Source: an uncultured Bacillales bacterium
Lineage (GTDB): Bacteria > Bacillota_I > Bacilli_A > RF39 > UBA660
NCBI GenBank assembly: GCA_949948745.1
Contig: CATLHA010000005.1
Location: 12,740 to 76,739, forward strand
Reading direction: 5' to 3'
DNA length: 64,000 nucleotides
The notes under the pieces are model-generated. The model was not told the origin of the DNA and made no database searches. It saw nothing but the letters and a program-made list of their open reading frames with translations. A program made the translations under genes and the position numbers. Within the stretch, counting starts at the first letter, position 1. The number at the start of each line of letters is the position of its first letter. This document shows positions 61,498-64,000 of the stretch, in pieces.

Positions 61498-61557
61498 GTG
61501 GTTATGTAGTCTTTTTAAATTGATATATGTTATAATTATAATAAAGGAGTAAAACTT

Positions 61558-63495
61558 ATGATAACTTCAAATCTAACTTTTTTATTATTATTTAGTTTGC
61601 TATATGCTATAGGATTGTCTGTTATATATTTTTCAAAAACTAGAATTAATAATATGGAAAATAGAATTTATAAATTCTTGATAATTATAAATATTATAGG
61701 TTTGATTTTACAATTAGCTTGTGATTTCGTATCTATGCATTATAATCAAATTCCAAATATTATTAGTATTTTAATATTGAAAATTTTCCTAGTGTACTTT
61801 ATTGCTTGGATAAATACAATGCTTGATTATACGATTTCTATTGTCTTTCTTAAGAGAAAGAAAATCATTTGGATAAATATCTTTCTAACTATAGTAGAAT
61901 CTTTAATAGCTATTATATTACCGTTAGAATTGTTTAGAAATGTTACAGATAAAATATATTACACTTATGGTTCATCCGTTCAATATGCATTCAATATATC
62001 TGGTATTTTAATGATAGTAATGTTTATTATTATTATATTAAATATTAAGAAATTGAAGAAAAAAAAGATAGTACCAATACTTTTGTTTATGTTTTTTGGT
62101 ATTATGGCAGCAGTCATTCAAAAAAATAATCCAGCTATAATCATAATTGTACCAGCCGAGACATTTATATGTGCATTAATGTATTTCACAATCGAAAACC
62201 CGGATTTAAAAATGATTGAGCAGTTAGAAATAGCGAAAAATCAGGCTGAAAAAGCAAATCGTTCTAAATCAGATTTCTTGTCTAGTATGAGTCATGAAAT
62301 AAGGACTCCATTAAATGCTATTGTTGGATTATCTGAAGATATTGCTACTTATAAAGATCAAGTACCAAAGGAAGTAATCGAAGATACTGAAGATATTTGT
62401 AATGCTAGTCAAACCTTACTTGAGATTGTTGGTAATATTCTTGATATTAATAAGATTGAAAGTAATAAGATGGAAATCGTTGAAAAAGAATATCATTTTA
62501 AAGAAGAAATTACCAATATGGTAAAAGTGACGGCTACTAGAATTGGAGAGAAAAATATTTCTTTTAAATTAAATATTGCGGAAGATATTCCTTACGAATT
62601 ATTAGGAGATAAGTCAAAAGTAAAGGGAATTATTAACAATTTATTAACAAATGCAATTAAGTATACAGAAGAGGGTACTATTAATTTAAATATTAAATGT
62701 GTCAATGATGTTAGTCATAATAATTGTAATTTGATTGTTACTTGTCAAGATACTGGTCGTGGAATTAAGAAAGAAGATGTAGATAAGTTATTTACTAAAT
62801 TTGAGCGATTGGATGTTGAAAGAAACACCACAACGGAAGGAACTGGTCTTGGACTTGCAATTACCAAATCTCTTGTTGAAATGATGGGTGGTAAAATCAA
62901 TGTACAAAGTCATTATGGAGAAGGATCCATTTTCATGGTTCAAATTCCACAAAAAATTAGTAAAATGACAAAACCAATGACAGAAGAAGAATTATTAGAT
63001 ACAGCTTCTAGACTATATACTACAAATAACCTATCTAAAATAAATTGTGAAGGTAAAAAAATCTTAATTGTAGACGATAATCAATTGAATATAAAAGTTG
63101 CAAAACGTGCGCTTTCCGATTTTAAGTTTGTCATTGATGAAGCTGAAAATGGTGAAGATTGCTTAAATAAGATTCATCTTGGAAATCAATATGACCTAAT
63201 TCTAATGGATATTATGATGCCTATTATGAGTGGAGAAACAGCTATGTCAGAATTGCAGAAAATAGATGGTTTTTCTACTCCGGTTATTGCTTTAACAGCA
63301 GATGCTGTTGCGGGTTCTAAAGAAAAATATCTTAGTGAAGGATTTGTCGATTATATTGCGAAACCATTCAGTAGAGAGCAAATAGGGGCAAAATTAGAAA
63401 AAATTTTCAGTGATAAAACACCTAAATTTGATCCTAATGTAGATAGATTTAAAGATGCACCTACCTATGTTTTTGGAAATGATAGTGAAGAATAA
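61558..63495 (+). CDS. hybrid sensor histidine kinase / response regulator (6-transmembrane sensor, HisKA, HATPase_c, C-terminal REC)
   Basis: 645 aa; H-box SHEIRTPLNAI; N/G1/G2 boxes (LLTNAIKYT, DTGRGI, GTGLGLAI); receiver LIVDDN...DLILMDIMMP...K. Confidence 0.85.
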   Translation: MITSNLTFLLLFSLLYAIGLSVIYFSKTRINNMENRIYKFLIIINIIGLILQLACDFVSMHYNQIPNIISILILKIFLVYFIAWINTMLDYTISIVFLKRKKIIWINIFLTIVESLIAIILPLELFRNVTDKIYYTYGSSVQYAFNISGILMIVMFIIIILNIKKLKKKKIVPILLFMFFGIMAAVIQKNNPAIIIIVPAETFICALMYFTIENPDLKMIEQLEIAKNQAEKANRSKSDFLSSMSHEIRTPLNAIVGLSEDIATYKDQVPKEVIEDTEDICNASQTLLEIVGNILDINKIESNKMEIVEKEYHFKEEITNMVKVTATRIGEKNISFKLNIAEDIPYELLGDKSKVKGIINNLLTNAIKYTEEGTINLNIKCVNDVSHNNCNLIVTCQDTGRGIKKEDVDKLFTKFERLDVERNTTTEGTGLGLAITKSLVEMMGGKINVQSHYGEGSIFMVQIPQKISKMTKPMTEEELLDTASRLYTTNNLSKINCEGKKILIVDDNQLNIKVAKRALSDFKFVIDEAENGEDCLNKIHLGNQYDLILMDIMMPIMSGETAMSELQKIDGFSTPVIALTADAVAGSKEKYLSEGFVDYIAKPFSREQIGAKLEKIFSDKTPKFDPNVDRFKDAPTYVFGNDSEE

Positions 63496-63551
63496 TTGAT
63501 TTTCTTTTTCTATGTGATAGAATAGTTTTTATAAATTTTAAATTTTTTGAG

Positions 63552-64000
63552 GAAATTAGATTATGAAAAAAAACTTATTCATTATTATTATTTGTATTTT
63601 ACTATCTGTTATTTCTGGTATTGTGACCAATGATTTATTTATTGGAGGCACAATTTTAGCAACGGGTCTTTTATGTGCTTACTTTGCGAGTGAGGGAAAA
63701 AGAATTAACTATATCCTTGGTTTAATCAATTACTTACTTATGGGGTATGTTGCATTTTTAAATAATCTATATGGAATTTTCTTTTTTTATTTATTTGTTT
63801 TTTCTCCTTCACAGATTATTGGATATCTTAATTGGAATAAAAATTTAGATCAAGATAATAATGTCAAAATTAGAGGATTTACATTAAAAAATTCGATTAT
63901 TATTATATTTTCTTGCTTACTTGGAAGTTTGATTCTTGGGTATTTGTTAACTTTAATTCCAGGACAAAGACTAGCACTTTTGGATGCACTTTCTAATTGT
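63552..64000 (+). CDS. membrane protein, PnuC-like (nicotinamide riboside transporter family?), truncated by the window end
   Basis: transmembrane-rich; YLNWNKN resembles the PnuC W-x-x-W/N motif region; partial. Confidence 0.35.

Overview
This window is a 64-kb stretch of a low-GC (roughly 30% GC) Firmicutes-type chromosome that uses the standard code. It is dense in AT-rich promoters of the TGnTATAAT (extended -10) type and in Lys-rich protein insertions. I could not run any search, so every call below is from reading the sequence.

The first ~32 kb is the conserved housekeeping region. It carries dus, an RDD-family gene, lysS, a YfcC-like membrane protein and a clpC-like ATPase. These are followed by cysS, a YugP-like peptidase, mrnC, rlmB, a sigH-like sigma factor, secE and nusG. 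Then come rplK, rplA, rplJ and rplL, a ybxB-like methyltransferase, rpoB and rpoC, and finally rpsL, rpsG, fusA and tuf. Small lineage-specific insertions interrupt this order (listed in findings). rpmG and yacP are absent where Bacillus has them.

The middle section holds a FemABX-like transferase cotranscribed with a heterodimeric ABC exporter, murD, eno, a 1137-aa leucine-rich-repeat protein with no signal peptide, and secG-rnr-smpB-HD-ssrA (tmRNA).

Downstream of tmRNA (50.3-64 kb) the content looks accessory. Right after ssrA there is a HExxH protein, followed by a degenerate copy of the tmRNA 3' end, suggesting an island remnant. Then come a MazG-like pyrophosphohydrolase, a GNAT, an ABC exporter, an ADP-ribosylglycohydrolase, an MBL hydrolase and a 192-aa protein with weak DarT-like motifs. 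Further on are a stand-alone C39-like peptidase, another GNAT, a DMT transporter, an adenylate-forming enzyme, a hybrid histidine kinase and a partial PnuC-like gene.

The best candidate for a new system is the ARH-MBL-putative ADP-ribosyltransferase module, a possible reversible ADP-ribosylation toxin/immunity pair. The cytoplasmic LRR giant and the cassette inserted between rplL and rpoB are secondary candidates.
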